This document shows positions 38,181-52,206 of a DNA stretch of 64,000 nt, in pieces. Source of the DNA: Ascidiella aspersa (lineage: Eukaryota); assembly GCA_963924565.1 (NCBI GenBank), contig OZ004607.1:7998001-8062000 (forward strand). Reading direction: 5' to 3'. How positions within the stretch are numbered: position 1 is the first letter of the stretch; every line of letters begins with the position of its first letter. A program made the position numbers and the translations under genes. The notes beneath the pieces were generated by a model. The model was given only the letters and a program-made list of their open reading frames with translations. It was not told the origin of the DNA and made no database searches.

Positions 38181-41100
38181 TTGCTATCCTTGCCTTAAAA
38201 CAATATATCTTGAATTGGCCGATAGGTTGCGGTCCATCAAGAGTTCCTAGGATTTTGGCTTTTTTCGCACAAGCAAATTCAATTTTCAGGCAATAAAAAC
38301 AGTAACCAATCGATTTTATTGTCATCTACAGTAATTTGTGTGCGTGCACAATCATGACTGCCCTGAGACTTAAATAAATGTGACTGAGTTTCAAATCTCT
38401 AAGCTGACTGCCGAAAAGTTATCCTATAGTCGTTTTAATAACACTGATTCAAAAAACAAAAACAAGACTAATTACAAGTGTATATTAGTACAGGAAATAA
38501 TAGTTTATCTAGTTGTAAGATTTAAGTAATCGTGTATAAAGGTCAAACGTTAATGCCTTAAAATGAGGTACACATCACATGAAATGCAGGACATTTTCGT
38601 TGGACGAATTCGTTCAAAGCAAACCGAAACGACCTATATGCTAAATACTACTGATAGTTAACCCAATCAGAAAAAACACGACCGTTTGATGCACACCAAG
38701 CCTAAAAGTGATTTAAGATTTATTTTTAGATAACAAGATCGCGATAAAAAAAACTTTAACATATCATGCCCTTATGAAAAATAAAGCAGGCAACTCATCG
38801 TTATGCAACCTTATTACCACAGAACAGATGTTATAGCTTTGCTTGTAAGACAGAAATCCTTGATGGGTCGTCTGATTTCGGAAAGCCATAGTAAATGCAT
38901 CGGCGTACTGTTGGTGTGCGTTCATTTTAGATAGCCATGATAAAGGTTGAAGAAAATCATGTTTGATTATTATCAAAGGAAAAGAAAAATATATTAGGAT
39001 AATGTCAGCTCTATATAGACACTTTACCTCAAAACAACAGCCGAATCTAGATTTTAAGCAATCTTAGTGGATTTGAAGGAAGATTGGGCGAATGTTTTAG
39101 TTATAGCGAAAAGTGCAAAAAAGACGATTAAAGGATGCAAGTTGCGTTGCGCTCTTTAGCAGGGCGGCCAGAACAAACGGGAAAATTGCCAGATCCGTTG
39201 GCAAGATAAGGTGGTCGAGATCGGTCGCGCGGACAGCTGCGAGGGATTATATGTCACTTTGGCCGCCGAGCAAAAGTCGGAAACAGCAAAATGCCATGAG
39301 CGCGCATAGGGACCTTATCTGCCTGTATAGCAGCGGCGTGTTGGTGGAACTGCATAGCTGTAAACAAGATTCAAAAGCGCAGGCCGCGGACGAAAATAGC
39401 CATCAAGAGGCGCGCAGCAATCTGGCCTCGCATCGCTCAGTTGACGGTCGTAGCTTGGCGCAGAACTGGTTCGATCGCTAGTCGACAGGCAACAGCAGAT
39501 ACACGCGGTTACAGCTTTGCCGCGATGCTGATAAATCGCGATGCTTATCTGGCTCCCCTGCCAGCGTTTCAGAGTTCAAAAGAATGAAGCCGAAATTGGG
39601 CGATGACTGTCTCTACCCACCAGAGCGTTTGTACGGCTGTTTGTCGCGGCAATAACTGGGGAGCCTTGTTGTTGATGTGCTGCGCCGTAGATTTGGGGTC
39701 CCCAGTGCAGTTTGATTACGCGCGATACCACATCGGCTGCGGTCTGCTCGTAGCTGTGAAAAACTCCAATCTTGAGACTGAATTAGCTGGCTCAAAGTTC
39801 ACATAGGAGAGCAGCGACTATTCTGTTAACGTGTGTTAATATACGTCGTCTTTTGTCAGCAACATTAGTTTTGTTCGCGCGGGATAATTGCAAGATTTCG
39901 CACCCGCGAATAGATTGCGCAATATTTAATCGATTACTATCTTTTGAACGTTGGTAATGTCAGCATTTTATGACTTTTATTAACGGCCGACATCACCATT
40001 TTTTAATCTAGAAGGCATTTTAAAGATGTAGTAGCTGTAAAAAACAAATCACGACCGAAAATATTTTTCCAAATTAGAAACAAAACCAAGGATATGTTTA
40101 CTTAAGCAAAGGAGGATCTTGCACCAAGTGAGAGGTTCGATAAATATTAGCGTGGTTCGATCAGCAATTTGCGTATATACTTACACTGTAAGGAAAAGTA
40201 TAGAGATTAGTTTTTTCCTGAATTTGATTGGCGGTAAATTTGGGCTAATATAATCGTTAGCAATCATCGACGATCAATCACCAATAATAGGAAAATAGGA
40301 ATTGCAAAAGCCTCTAAAAGATGCTTATCGACACAACGAAATCACCGACAGTCGCTATCCAATACAGGATGACATATTGGAAGACCACTCTTGCCGACAC
40401 GCAAGCCAAAACCGCATTTAGAAGCAACGCCGTGGATTCGCGAAGTCAGTGTCTCATCGGTATAAGGCTCCGGGCAGCACCGAAGCGATAGCGCAGCAAA
40501 AAGGTCAAGCTGTACTCTGCCTGAACCCTGAGTTCGGCTCATCACAGGAAAGATACAGCGGCCATTGAACCTAAACAATCGGGCCTTGACTGTCAGGTTC
40601 CGCGCCCCGCAAAAAGCCGCAAATAGGCCAGAAATTCGGGCTGTTTCCGTAGAGGCCGGATCTAGTTTTAAGACGACTTTCCGTGGCGCCTCGGCTTGTC
40701 TGGAGTGTCGGTATGAAACGGGAACAAATATACCACAAATGGAAAGGGAAACGGATCGTTTTAATAGCAATGGTGGTTTTTAGCGTCAATACGTTAACAG
40801 ATATACGCATTTCGGAAACGGAAATAGTGGAAGAGGAAACTGAATTGACTAAACCAATATGAAGAATTTAAAGGGTACACACTGATGACGTTTGAAGGGA
40901 CAGCGAGTATCAACAAATACGTTTACCATTTTTTCTTCTAGATTTACCACAGATCTTTAGAGATATGGGAAACATAAAAATAGAGAAAATATTTGCTCCA
41001 TAAACGTTTATAAAAATACCATAAAAATAGAGATAAATATCCACAAGAAATTTCATCCGAATTTCAAAGAAAATTCTGAAAACTTGTTTCGGCATTTCAT

Positions 41101-43366
41101 TTTTCGAGAGAACCTTTACCCATCCAGCCCAAACAACAAACTATATAGCGTCGTATTTGTTTAAATACAAGAATGATGCGTAAAAAGCGATATGCGACAC
41201 CTGCGCCGAGAGAGACCATAGTTGCAGCTCCGAGATTGAAAAAACAACATAGAAAAGAAAGGTGATGAGGGGATACCTGGCCGACGCCGGGCCTTAAACG
41301 GGGAGAAAGCGCCCCCTCTGGCAGTTGATTGTTGTCTCGCGGCCGGGGCGATGCGGCAGCGATATGTCGACAACGGAATGCGGACCGCGTAAACATGAGT
41401 CAGTTGCGGCAAGGCGGTTATGAGCGGTGTTGTTTGTGATCAAGGACGGTCGAACTTTATTGTTTTGTTTTTGGAGCAACTCACACAAGTATGGTGCGTT
41501 CTTGCTCTATCGTAGGGGTTCATAGACTTCAGTTTAAGGACCCCTGTTATAGCGTAAAACGAGAATCTACTTTAATTTCGGATGGCGCTTTCTGTGTGAT
41601 CATAAGTTCCGTGCTTTGCTTCTGCCAGGAATCGAACCCGGTTCTGGGGTTTGGTAGACTTTTTGTACTGTCTATCAACTTTAACGCCAATGATAGTTTA
41701 TGCTGATGTTTAGGCTTAGGCTTTATTAAGGTGATTAAAGCCGATGAAAATTTAAGCTGTTTTTAACCCATCAAGGTAAAATTGCCTCTCGTCTCGACAA
41801 CTGGCTTGAGAACAGAAAATTTTAAGATCGTAGAATAGACGCAAAAAGTTGTCTTTACACGTGTAGGTTGATTTGTGGGACGGGTGTCAATAACCCGGCG
41901 CTCTTGTGAAGAAGGTAAGTGATTGGAACTAAATATTGAAGCATCTCAGCAAAAGCGCATAGAATTACTAAAACATAAAACTTGCATCGAACACAAATGA
42001 AAACAACTGGCCAACACACAATACTTGTATGCTCAATATAGAATTTCAACGTTTGTATTGCTCATTTTAGTAAATGTCAAAGTTAGAGCCCTTTTTAAAT
42101 AATTGTGCACGGAATTAATTATACATAGTGTTTTAAAGCCCAAATTACCTGACATTACACAATAGTGTTAGTGTTCTTTTTTAATGTTTTTTGTTGACTT
42201 TACGTAACTAAGATTATAAGTTGACAACATTAAAATAACTTGGTTTGAACATTAGTACGATCTAAATTCTAGGATATGATAGTTGATTCCTCCTCAAAGG
42301 ACATATAAGCATTTTCTCGGAATCAAGCCAGCAGGGGATTTTAGTTGTAGCAATGACGCTTGCAACACATCACGTGTGTAAACATTAAAGAAAGATGTGA
42401 GCCGGACCACAGTACTACAGTTATAACGCGACCCAAAGTTGGTTATTTTTTGTGGCCACCTCAACAGCGCTTTACATTGTTGAAGTACCAGTAAACAAGG
42501 CTACTTCAAAAAGTCTTCACGTAATTTTAAAGTAATGACTGTTCGTCCTTAGCCGTTCGTTCGAGTGTTCTCAACAGCTATATCGGCGCCAACCAAATCA
42601 CGCTACAGTCCTTGCACCTTTTTTAGTTTTTGGCTGGTCGCTTGGAATAAAAATAAAGAATGAGAAACACAAAAATTGGACGATTTAAAAAAAGACTGCT
42701 GATTTTAAAGTGACCTTAGGTAGGAAATAACCAGGTAGATTGTTAAGAAAATAACTCTGTATATTTTGAAAAAATCAAGGAAAACCGGGTGAAAAATTAA
42801 AGAAAAAAACGTGTGAAAATACACGATTTGAACAAATAACCGACTAGTTAAAAACAACAAAAAATGTTGTAAAAACTTTGTTCTGTAAACTATTTTAATG
42901 TGACCACTCACAGTTTTCCAATATTTTCTGACCGCGTATCACCTATAGTGGCTTAAAATTCACTGCGCCCCACTTTGGTATGAACAAAATGCGAAAACTA
43001 AATGAGGTTTATTGAGGCCAATTACTCACGAAAGCCGCAACAATATTGCACTTTTGGTAATTTGCATAAGACCCAAGATGCTCTAATACCACCAGAAAGG
43101 CCTTCGCGTATCGCTATAGTGGTACGTGCACCACAGTTTGAGACGTGTTCGGTTAATGAAACCCTGTGTGGTTGAAATGCGTTAATTGTGCTGGCTTCGT
43201 AGCAATAACGCACGTGCGCCTGTCACTATAGTGTGTATACAAAGTCTGGCTTGGCCACACCTGCATTCTACACCTAATGGGGTCGGATTTGTTTTGCGGG
43301 CAAATAAATCTAATACAGAAAAAGTTAATAAGCGCGAGCGAGTAAATGCAAATGAGCTCCACCGAC

Positions 43367-43445
43367 CTTGGATAACGCCGTTTATCTTTTCAGTGTTCTG
43401 CTTGGATTTAGGGTCTTCTTTGTCCCCGCTTCCAGCTAAAGCGAC
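43367..43445 (-). CDS. Possible next (low-complexity) Scaper exon
   Basis: Strong minus-strand acceptor tttgtttcgtttctgttgtttcag|, open in phase 0 (VALAGSGDKEDPKSKQNTEKINGVIQ-G), weak donor CAAG|gtcggt. Phase fits the 54928 donor. No recognisable homology. Confidence 0.25.
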
Positions 43446-46400
43446 CTGAAACAACAGAAACGAAACAAATCGTTAATAAAAATTGTAATTGAGAGAATGA
43501 ACTTGGCCGCACAGACGTGGAATATCTTGTAGAGTGTTGGGTCTTTGTACTGGTGGGTTTTAAAATAAATCATGCGTGCAAACAGGAAGAGTAACGAGGC
43601 TAAAGTCAGATAGTAGTTGTAGCCCTTTATTACTACACATTCTTCATAGATTTATTAATAGTACAGTTTTGGGTAATTATTCTAGCCTCAATGGTCTTCA
43701 AATCTATCAGAAAAAAAATGTTAAAAAATGTTGGTGAAAATATAGGAAGTTATTTAATTAGCCTTTGATACGATTTCAATTTGCGGCTTTTGTGCTCACT
43801 TGCAAACATTTCGCGCTATAATAAAGCGAGGTCAGAACAAAGTCGAAATATTAACATCCCAGAAACAACACAAAATAACGCAAACTTCGTCCGAGGATCA
43901 AACAAGTTTGAGCACATCAAAGCGAACGGTGAATTTCCGCCAAACAAACTACACACATATATAATGTCAAAAGGTAAAACAAACACAGACGACATTCGCC
44001 GCATTCCCAACGCGTGACGTCATCGCCACTCAAAACCTGAAAAAAAAAACAGAAAAAGCCAAAACCTCAGATAAGCGGCAGTCATAACAACACTATACAA
44101 GCGAAAGTAAAAGTCCGTCCGTCGACGCGCCGACACAAAGCCAAACATTGTGACGTCACAATGATCCCGCATGACGTATCGGAGGAGGAGGGGGACAAGA
44201 AGGGACTTGCGCCCCGAGACGGCGTCGGCCCTCATCCCCTTGTACCACTTGAGGCGTGGGTTGAGGGCGATCGCTCATACAGAGGTCGTGTGATCAGGTG
44301 CCCGCTGTAGACGCCATTAATCCAAGCAGAGTGCCGTTGCTTTCGGTTTATGCGGGTGACGCCGTTTAGGTCAGATGACGCGCTGCGTGGCTCCATTTTA
44401 GAAGCACATGTAACTTTGTTTTACCTCATGGGCTGTTATTTTTTTTCTTGGATGCACTGGCTCCTTTTTTGCGCTCAAAGCATTCTTTTGGGGATAAACA
44501 GACTGCTTTTTAAACGTTTTTTTTTACATTTTTTGACGCGCAGGCTCCTTTTTTAAAAAGACATTTCCTTTCTGGACACATATATTGGTGTCATTGTTTG
44601 AATAAATAGGCTCCAGTTTTTGTCCATTTATTTGGTGAATTTGTTCATGAAAAAATAGGACAATTCGAAAAGCAGGGTAGAAAAAAGTGGAGCCGACTTT
44701 ATCTGAAGTGGTCATGTAAAGTGGCTTAACTTTTTCGTGTGAAGTGGCTACAGTGAAAATAGAGCGAGGCTCCCACCAGCCAACGACAGACTGCCCGGAT
44801 AACTGAATAGAAAGAGGTTTTTAGGACGTTTTTAATCTAATTTTATTTTTTAATTAATAGTGGTTTCGGGCCTTTTCTAGATGACACAACCGCCCAACAT
44901 TTCATCATTTGCGAGCTGCTTTCTATTCGATGTAATTTTCACACCTGTTTTCAGGAAATTTTCTTTCGTTATTTTATATGATTTTAAATGCCAACGGCCA
45001 CTTACACGACTTAAAAAAGTGCCCCGTTTAAACCACAATTTTAGCAAAACAAAATACAAAATCAGAAAAAGCGATCACAATCAACCTTACAAATTCAAAT
45101 CAAACGGTTCCTTAAAGACGCCGCGAAAAAAAATCCACGAGATATGTTTTCGCGACGTCGGCAAACAAAAACATCCGCGGTCTCAAGCCTGGGCCTGGGA
45201 ATGTCGGTGCCGACCTCAATCTAAACTCGGGCGCCTTTAGCCGTGTTTTGTCGCCTCAAGTCGAGGCTTACCGGTTGCGCAGTTTCACCCGGGTCACAAC
45301 TGATTTCAGGGGCGATTGGCTCCACCCCTCGTTGAAGTTATTATTAGGTGCGGAAGGGGGTATTGGGAAGGGAATAAAATCGAGGCGTTTTTTGTTTGGG
45401 TTTGATAAAAACGGACGGCATTTCTGGAATGTTCGATGGAAAGGATGGATGGACCGGTGCGGTTTTATTAGAACTTGTGTTGGGATTTGGGGGGATTAAG
45501 TCTATATGCTCTGAACTTCAATCGGTCTAGCATTGACATGGGTGTGTTTGGTATTCCAATGGAGCCTTTTGATGTTGGGTGATTTCCGGACGACTTGGAT
45601 CGCATAAGTGATCATTTGACCGAGTTATTAACGGGAGGTTTAATACGTCAGCAACGGGGTCGTTATCAACGGGGATAATTTTCACGTCAATTGTTGGTTT
45701 TCAAAATAAAACGTAGCAAAACATGTGTCATTGTGCATTGTAACGGCAGATTGGCGTTTTAATATCAGCAGCAAAAAGAAATTGTGGAAACTCCGTTTTC
45801 TAGTGCAATAAAAGCGACATTTGCTTTGCAAGGTGAAATAGCAAATTATCGACTACGTTTTTCAATCGGTTCTCCCGCGTTAAAACTAACATGAAACGGC
45901 GACCAGCTTAAGGGCAACTTTTCATCCTCACCGCTTCCCTAGCAGTTGCCTGCTACCAGCGTAGCTGGATTTTGCACCAAATAATCACACGCTTCGAGTT
46001 CGCAGTAGGCGAGGGTCGGTAACAAAACTGTTCAAAGGAAAAAAAACAGCCTGACCGCCGAAACGCATACCATCAAAAAACACGACCCAAATACCAGGAA
46101 AGGGTCATCGCGTCGCGTCACAACGCAGAGGGCGTGGAAACAATCGCTAAAGAACGAGCAAGCAAGCTAGCGAGCGATCCGTCAAACGCACAACACGCGT
46201 GGCCCCGGCTCGGCTGTGGACACAGGGATTAGCCGGGACCACCGTGCTGGGCATTGGCAGCTGGCGGGCCGTGGGACGCGCGATCCCCGTGCAAATAAAA
46301 CGCAAGGCCCGACATGGGCTCTAGGGCTTAATACAGGCCGAGGCGGCTTTCCGCTGGCCGCCCATCGCTCACAGCTATCTGGGCGACAAATCACAGCACG

Positions 46401-46880
46401 CGTTTGCGTTTGTTTTCCCAGCGCCCTAAGGGTCCCCGGGCGGTTCCAGGGGGTTCTCTAGGCGCCGTGAGGCACGTCGACGGCTTAGGGACCAGTTATG
46501 TTATTTGCGCGCGCCCGTTACCGCAGTTTTTCGCTAGGTGTGAACAGCGGGCCTCGCACTTTCCTTGTCGGGACGGTTAATCGCCGTCTTCGGTGACGTA
46601 ATAGAGCTTGATTGTCTCGAGTGATGTCACTCGCGCCCGGGGGTGTGTGTCGTGGGATTAGGCGGGGCTCAGATCTGACCACACGCAGAATTTTTTTATT
46701 AAGTTTGACTTCAGTGGTGGCCGGGGAAATGGTGTAACGCTGAAACACTTTCAAGAGGCGAGTGGTGTTTTTTTAAACGTTTAGCAAAACATTAGAAGAT
46801 TGAAGAGTACAAAACTTGATAAATCGACAACCAGTTGGTTGGTGTAATGTGATAAATTTATTTTTTCCTATGCTGACTGC

Positions 46881-46932
46881 ATTCCATATTTGTGGCCGCC
46901 AAATTCCATATTCCATATTTGTGGCCGCCAAA
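46881..46932. repeat. 29-bp-period tandem duplication
   Basis: ATTCCATATTTGTGGCCGCCAAA at 46881 and 46910. Confidence 0.85.
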
Positions 46933-48518
46933 ACGCCAAAATGTTTTTGGCTGAAACCTTACGCCAAAATAGGACGATATATTTGCAAAAACGAAATTTT
47001 TTTGGGTAAGTTGACTATAGGCCGGCAATATTGCACGCCAAATGACGTCAATGGCGTGATTTGGGGCAAGCATTCCACGCCAAAGATATCTGGCGGGAAG
47101 GCACTGGAATGCAAGCAGGCCTCCTATGAGTAGCATCGGTATATAAAAACACAGAACAATCTACAGCAAGAAGTACGCAATTAGTTAAAAAATCAAACGT
47201 ATTGTTCTAGGCAAGTGCTGCACTACGCAAGCCACAACTGCTGTAATTAAATATAAATGCAAATCAGAAAAAATGACGTAACAAAAGTGCGCTATAAAGT
47301 GGAAGCAAAAAAGAGGACGAAATTAATATAAGCGAATTAAACAAAATTAAATTAAATAGCAAATAGAAATCGATATGAAGAACAAAGCCAGTCCCTAAAT
47401 AGTTTTTTTCACTCTGCAGCCCGTAACGATGTCACCAAACCTTATAGTTTTGCTTTTAAGGTTTTTATTGGATGACTGCTGCGGAATTGCAAAATACTCA
47501 AATTAAAAGAAAAACAAGTTTTGCATTATTAGTTAAGAAAATGCATTTGAGAGACGGTTGGGAAAAAACAACAACGGTTTAGTCCCAATAAACACAGTAA
47601 TAATCTTTTTTAGATTTAAGCTTTAGGATATCAGGTTGAGTCTCAACTGTATGTTAAAAATTATACTCGGCACCGGCGGCACGTAAATTGCATTTCGGTT
47701 TTCTCGTAATGCACAAACGACATGTTTTAGGGATGCGCCATATACAGTCATAGTTCTATACTTTCCGGGTTGCAGCGAATTATTATCTTTAGATGCGTCT
47801 AAATAGGACAGTTATAGCCCTTTCAAAGTGAATATTTTCGACAGTAAAAATGCAGTCGGCGTCAATCCGCACTTTTTATGTATTGACATTGCTTAAAAAT
47901 TCGAACATATTTTGGCCACAGACAGCAACAGCAACGTTTTAATAAGACCCAATGGTATTTTATAAAGCCTGTAATAAATACACCGTCGTTGGTTCGTTTT
48001 TTTAACCAATGACAAGTCAGTTGGGGATTTTGGCAAATCTAAATATAAGCACCACGCAAACTACTGTTCGTGTATGCAATTGTTGTACAATTTGGCTTGA
48101 ACGAACCTTAAAGAAAATTGTAACTGTAATAAACATCAAGATTAATAGACAAATTTGACTGTAAAAAAATATATTTGTTGGACAAGCCAATTTCCTAAGG
48201 CTTCTTTTCATGGTAACACACATTACAAACGGTCTAACTTAAAAACAATCTAAATTTAGTTTTTTGATTTCTGTTCCAAGTTCAGGAAATTGAGCTGTTT
48301 TCTTTCAGTGTATGCAATAGGTAACAATATATTACCAACTTCTATTCACATATCGTTGACTTTATCGGCGGTCTACTATTCTTTCGGTCTACTATTCAAA
48401 CAGCAGCTTTCCAGATTTTTAGCCGCAACCGGTATTCACGCAAAAAAATTTAAAACATTTTTTTCACGAGCAAAGAAATCATCAACGAGCGTCGTAAGGG
48501 ATTCCAGTCTTTACTAAT

Positions 48519-48735
48519 GTACATGGACCATGTACTTAACCCATTCGGACAAAGCCCAGCATAAACTCAACCAACCAAACAGTAAACAACGTAGGTATTC
48601 AGGCAAAACAAACTAACACATATTTTCAGGACAAAACAATCATCGAAAAAAAAGGCGATTCTAGTCTTTTATAAAGTGCATGGAGCATGTATTTAACCCA
48701 TTTGGAAAATCTCCAAAATAAACTCAACCCAACAA
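48519..48735. repeat. Diverged ~60-bp direct repeat, ~157-bp spacing
   Basis: GT.CATGGA.CATGTA.TTAACCCATT.GGA...ATAAACTCAACC present twice. Confidence 0.75.
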
Positions 48736-51221
48736 AAAAGCTCCTATTACACAAGAGCGCCCCCACGCGGCAGTATATCCGGCCCGTAGCACGCGGAAAT
48801 AAACGCGTGACGGGAATTCAACTTGAAACATGACCCCTTAAGTCGGGCCAGCGTCGCTACGGGGGAGATAAAAGGGGCCGGAAAAGGCCAACGGCGTCAA
48901 GTGGGGCTCGGTTTACAAATAAGACGAGGCGCCGGAAGCGAGGGTCGGTGGGCAAACGACTTGTTTTGAAATTTTCGAACTAGGCGCGATGGAATTTGTT
49001 TCAAAGCGAGATCGACCCGTTGAAATGCAGCGAATGCAGGGAGCTGAACGACGGCTGTAGTATATGCAAGTGATTCTCGACGAGTTAGAAGAAAAATAAT
49101 AGGAAGAAATGAGTAGAATGTTAAAAAAACACACAACATTATCTACTGAACACGACTGTGGTATATGCAAGTAATCCTGAACAAGTTTCGGATACAACAG
49201 TAAACTGCTACATAAAGCACGCCCGAATCCTTTTCGACTTTTCGCTTCAGTTCTATGTTATTTAAAAGTCACCTAAAGTTTAACTGCGCAAATAATACAA
49301 AAATACGGTAATACCATTGGAATTCATTATACGGTGAAAGATAGCCTGAATAATTAGGACAGCATATAGCCTAAGAATTATTCTGGTAAGGCAAGAAAGC
49401 TGGAAATTAGGGCACTTTAGTATAAAAAGTTATGGGGCGTCCACGATGATGTTACAGAATACCCCAAAGTTCAAACACCACGAATTTATTGGGTTGTCAT
49501 TAATAGCAAGCCTTAAAACGGCTTTTCTAAAAAGTCTCACGAATAATTTTGAACTCAGATCTGTCCATAGTTATTTGTGTGATTGGCTTGTCTAAATAGC
49601 ATTAAACAAAACGCGAAGTTCGTAGAAAGCTATTTAGAAGGGATGTTGAACGATTGAAATACGGTGTCGATAAAAGTTGGCCATGAAAGTATCCTGTTTT
49701 TTCAAATCTTAAGTAAAAGGCGAAAGATTTACAATTTTACATGCTGTAAAATAAGACCAGAGTCGATGCCTTAACTCCACATCTAGGTCACGTCGCATAT
49801 CTTGTAACAACCAACCGCAAATTCACTTTTTAAGGGCGAGGAGAGGGGATGAGGCCCAAAGGGCTTCGAAATCGCCGTGTCAAGACAACAGGCGAATTGT
49901 TGTGACGACCCAGAAAAGAAGATACACGGGCGGGCGCCTGGAAACCACAGAGGGACGACTCAGTCGTTCAAGGCCAAGTACACGACACACAAGCACACAA
50001 ATAAACAGGCTTTGAAGCCGGGTAGGTAACAAAAGCGGCTGACGGGCAATCAGTCACGTACACGGCGCGTGAATTGGGACCCCGCGGGGCGCGCTTGGGG
50101 CGGTTTCGGGACCCCATGCGGCCCCCGCCACCCGTGACGCGACAAAGGAGCGGGGTTAACTTCGGGGACCCCAAACAAAAGCGGGATGGGTGGCGGGCGG
50201 AGGGTGAAACCAGGGGGCTTGGGAGAATAGCAGGGGAGACGGTGGGGCCTTTAAACGGGGGGTTATTTATTGTTAGGGCGTCGCGTCCTTGTGAAACAAT
50301 ATTGGAAGTCGTTTTGGAACAATTAGATTTACATTATATTGCGTGGTAGGCAGGAAAATCGCTATAGTGACCACCACTACAATTGTTTGCGCGTAAAAAT
50401 GATGGCGTAACATATTTTAAAGGCAGGAATGGGCAATTACTTCCGACAGTAGGCATCTAAAAATTGAAAAATGTTTTCGAGGTCCGGGTTAAAAATAGCA
50501 CCTGAAATATATATATATCATAAATCTTGATTCTTTTTAAAAAATCTGTATGTAAATAACACTGATGTGACAAGCTGGTGAGAAACGAGAAAGAGAAGTT
50601 TACATATCAAGTGTACTTTATCCAATAACATATTACAAACGCAATTTAATTAAAACATTTCAGGGCAACCCTACATAAAAAAAATCCGTTTTCCACACGA
50701 GTGTTTAACTTATCCGCGTGACAGGCCTTGTACGCTACACACAATCTTCAGCAATTTGCGTTTAATACGACCTACACGTTCGTATCAGGGGATCTAGACA
50801 AGGATACACGGCCTATTGTGGAAGGTTAAAACAACACAAAATGCAATTTCGCAAGCGCAACAGATTTCTCCCGGTCGTACAGCATCGAAAATTTCACGTG
50901 CGGACAATGTCCGACCGGTAAGGCGACCACGTAATCTGCAATACCCACCCTTGCTCGGCCACGAATAACGGCAAAAGTAATTGGGAAACTTGAAACGGTA
51001 ATTATTTGGTGGAATTTGACATAAGAAAAACAAACCACTAAACACGGTTGACAAAATCGTTAAGCTTTTTTGAAATGCAAGTGATTCCAGTTTATTTTTT
51101 AAAGTTGTTCTTTAGGGCACACCGGGTACCAGTTCTAACGCAGGTGCCAAAACCTTTTTTCACATTGTTGGAGACAATAGGGATTTTAAATAAAAGCAAA
51201 GCCAACAAAACATGAAGTGTG

Positions 51222-51325
51222 CGGGATTCGAACCCTCAACCTAACACTTTACGGTCAATAAATTGAGCGGAATTAACGAAGCCACGAAGCTTTCGCCTGG
51301 ACAGGATTCGAGCCCACAACCCAAG
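51222..51325 (-). repeat. Two tandem B-box/T-arm-like fragments
   Basis: Minus strand GGTTGAGGGTTCGAATCCC (51224-51242) and GGTTGTGGGCTCGAATCCT (51303-51321). Confidence 0.5.
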
Positions 51326-51982
51326 GATAAGCATGGATCCCATAGGATTGGATTCTAGGTTTTGATTGAGTGCAATTCTAGACGCTTGGTTTAAATCGGG
51401 TAAACCAATTTCTAATCCAAATTGTGGAATCTGAAACAAGTTATATTTTTATTTATAATTTATTTAAAAAACGCAAAAAAGCCTATTAGTCCAGGGCTGG
51501 TCGCAAGCATGAAGAACCCTACCAAAAAAGGAAATCTGCAATTCCTTCAATTTCGCCCAGCACACTTTCCCACGTTCCAAGTGACATTGACGTCCTGCGA
51601 TGCACGGCATTTCTTGCGGCGCTAAATAGCACAAGTCAAGGTCACCCCTACCCCGGAACGAGCCCCCAAAACTGGGGCTGGGGTCCGCGTGCGGGAGAAA
51701 CAGGCGCAAGAGACCACCCACCACCCACAAGGTTGGGGCTTGCACGAAATCGTGGCAGACCCCGTTTTTCGGGGGCGGGTTGTGATTTTTCTCCCCAACG
51801 CGAATTGGGGTCCCAGGGTTTGGGGTCGGGCGGCAAAACCGCGACTGCGTTGCTCGGGGGCTTAGGGGACACCCGACACCCCAGGGGGCCACGGCGATTG
51901 TCACACACGCGATACCCCCACGTGTGGTCGCGAGGCTGGGGTTAGGGGGCAATAGAGTGGGTGAACTGCCTAAAAAATAGTC

Positions 51983-52206
51983 GGCCCAGTTTGTACAGAG
52001 ATAACTTTTATTAATTACGTATATAAAAGGATAAGGGTATTGGCGTCACTTTTTGGGTAAGTATAGGGTTTAGGGGACTTTGGAGGGGGAGCACCAACTT
52101 AAGCGGCACAAAAATTGGCCTAGTTTGTACAGAGATATAACTTTATCAACTGCGCATATACGAGCATATGGATTATGGCGTCACTTTTTGGGGTAAGTAG
52201 GGTTAA
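51983..52206. repeat. Diverged tandem duplication, 134-bp period
   Basis: AGTTTGTACAGAGATA at 51988 and 52122, each followed by TGGCGTCACTTTTTGGG..TAAGTA..GGGTT. Confidence 0.8.
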
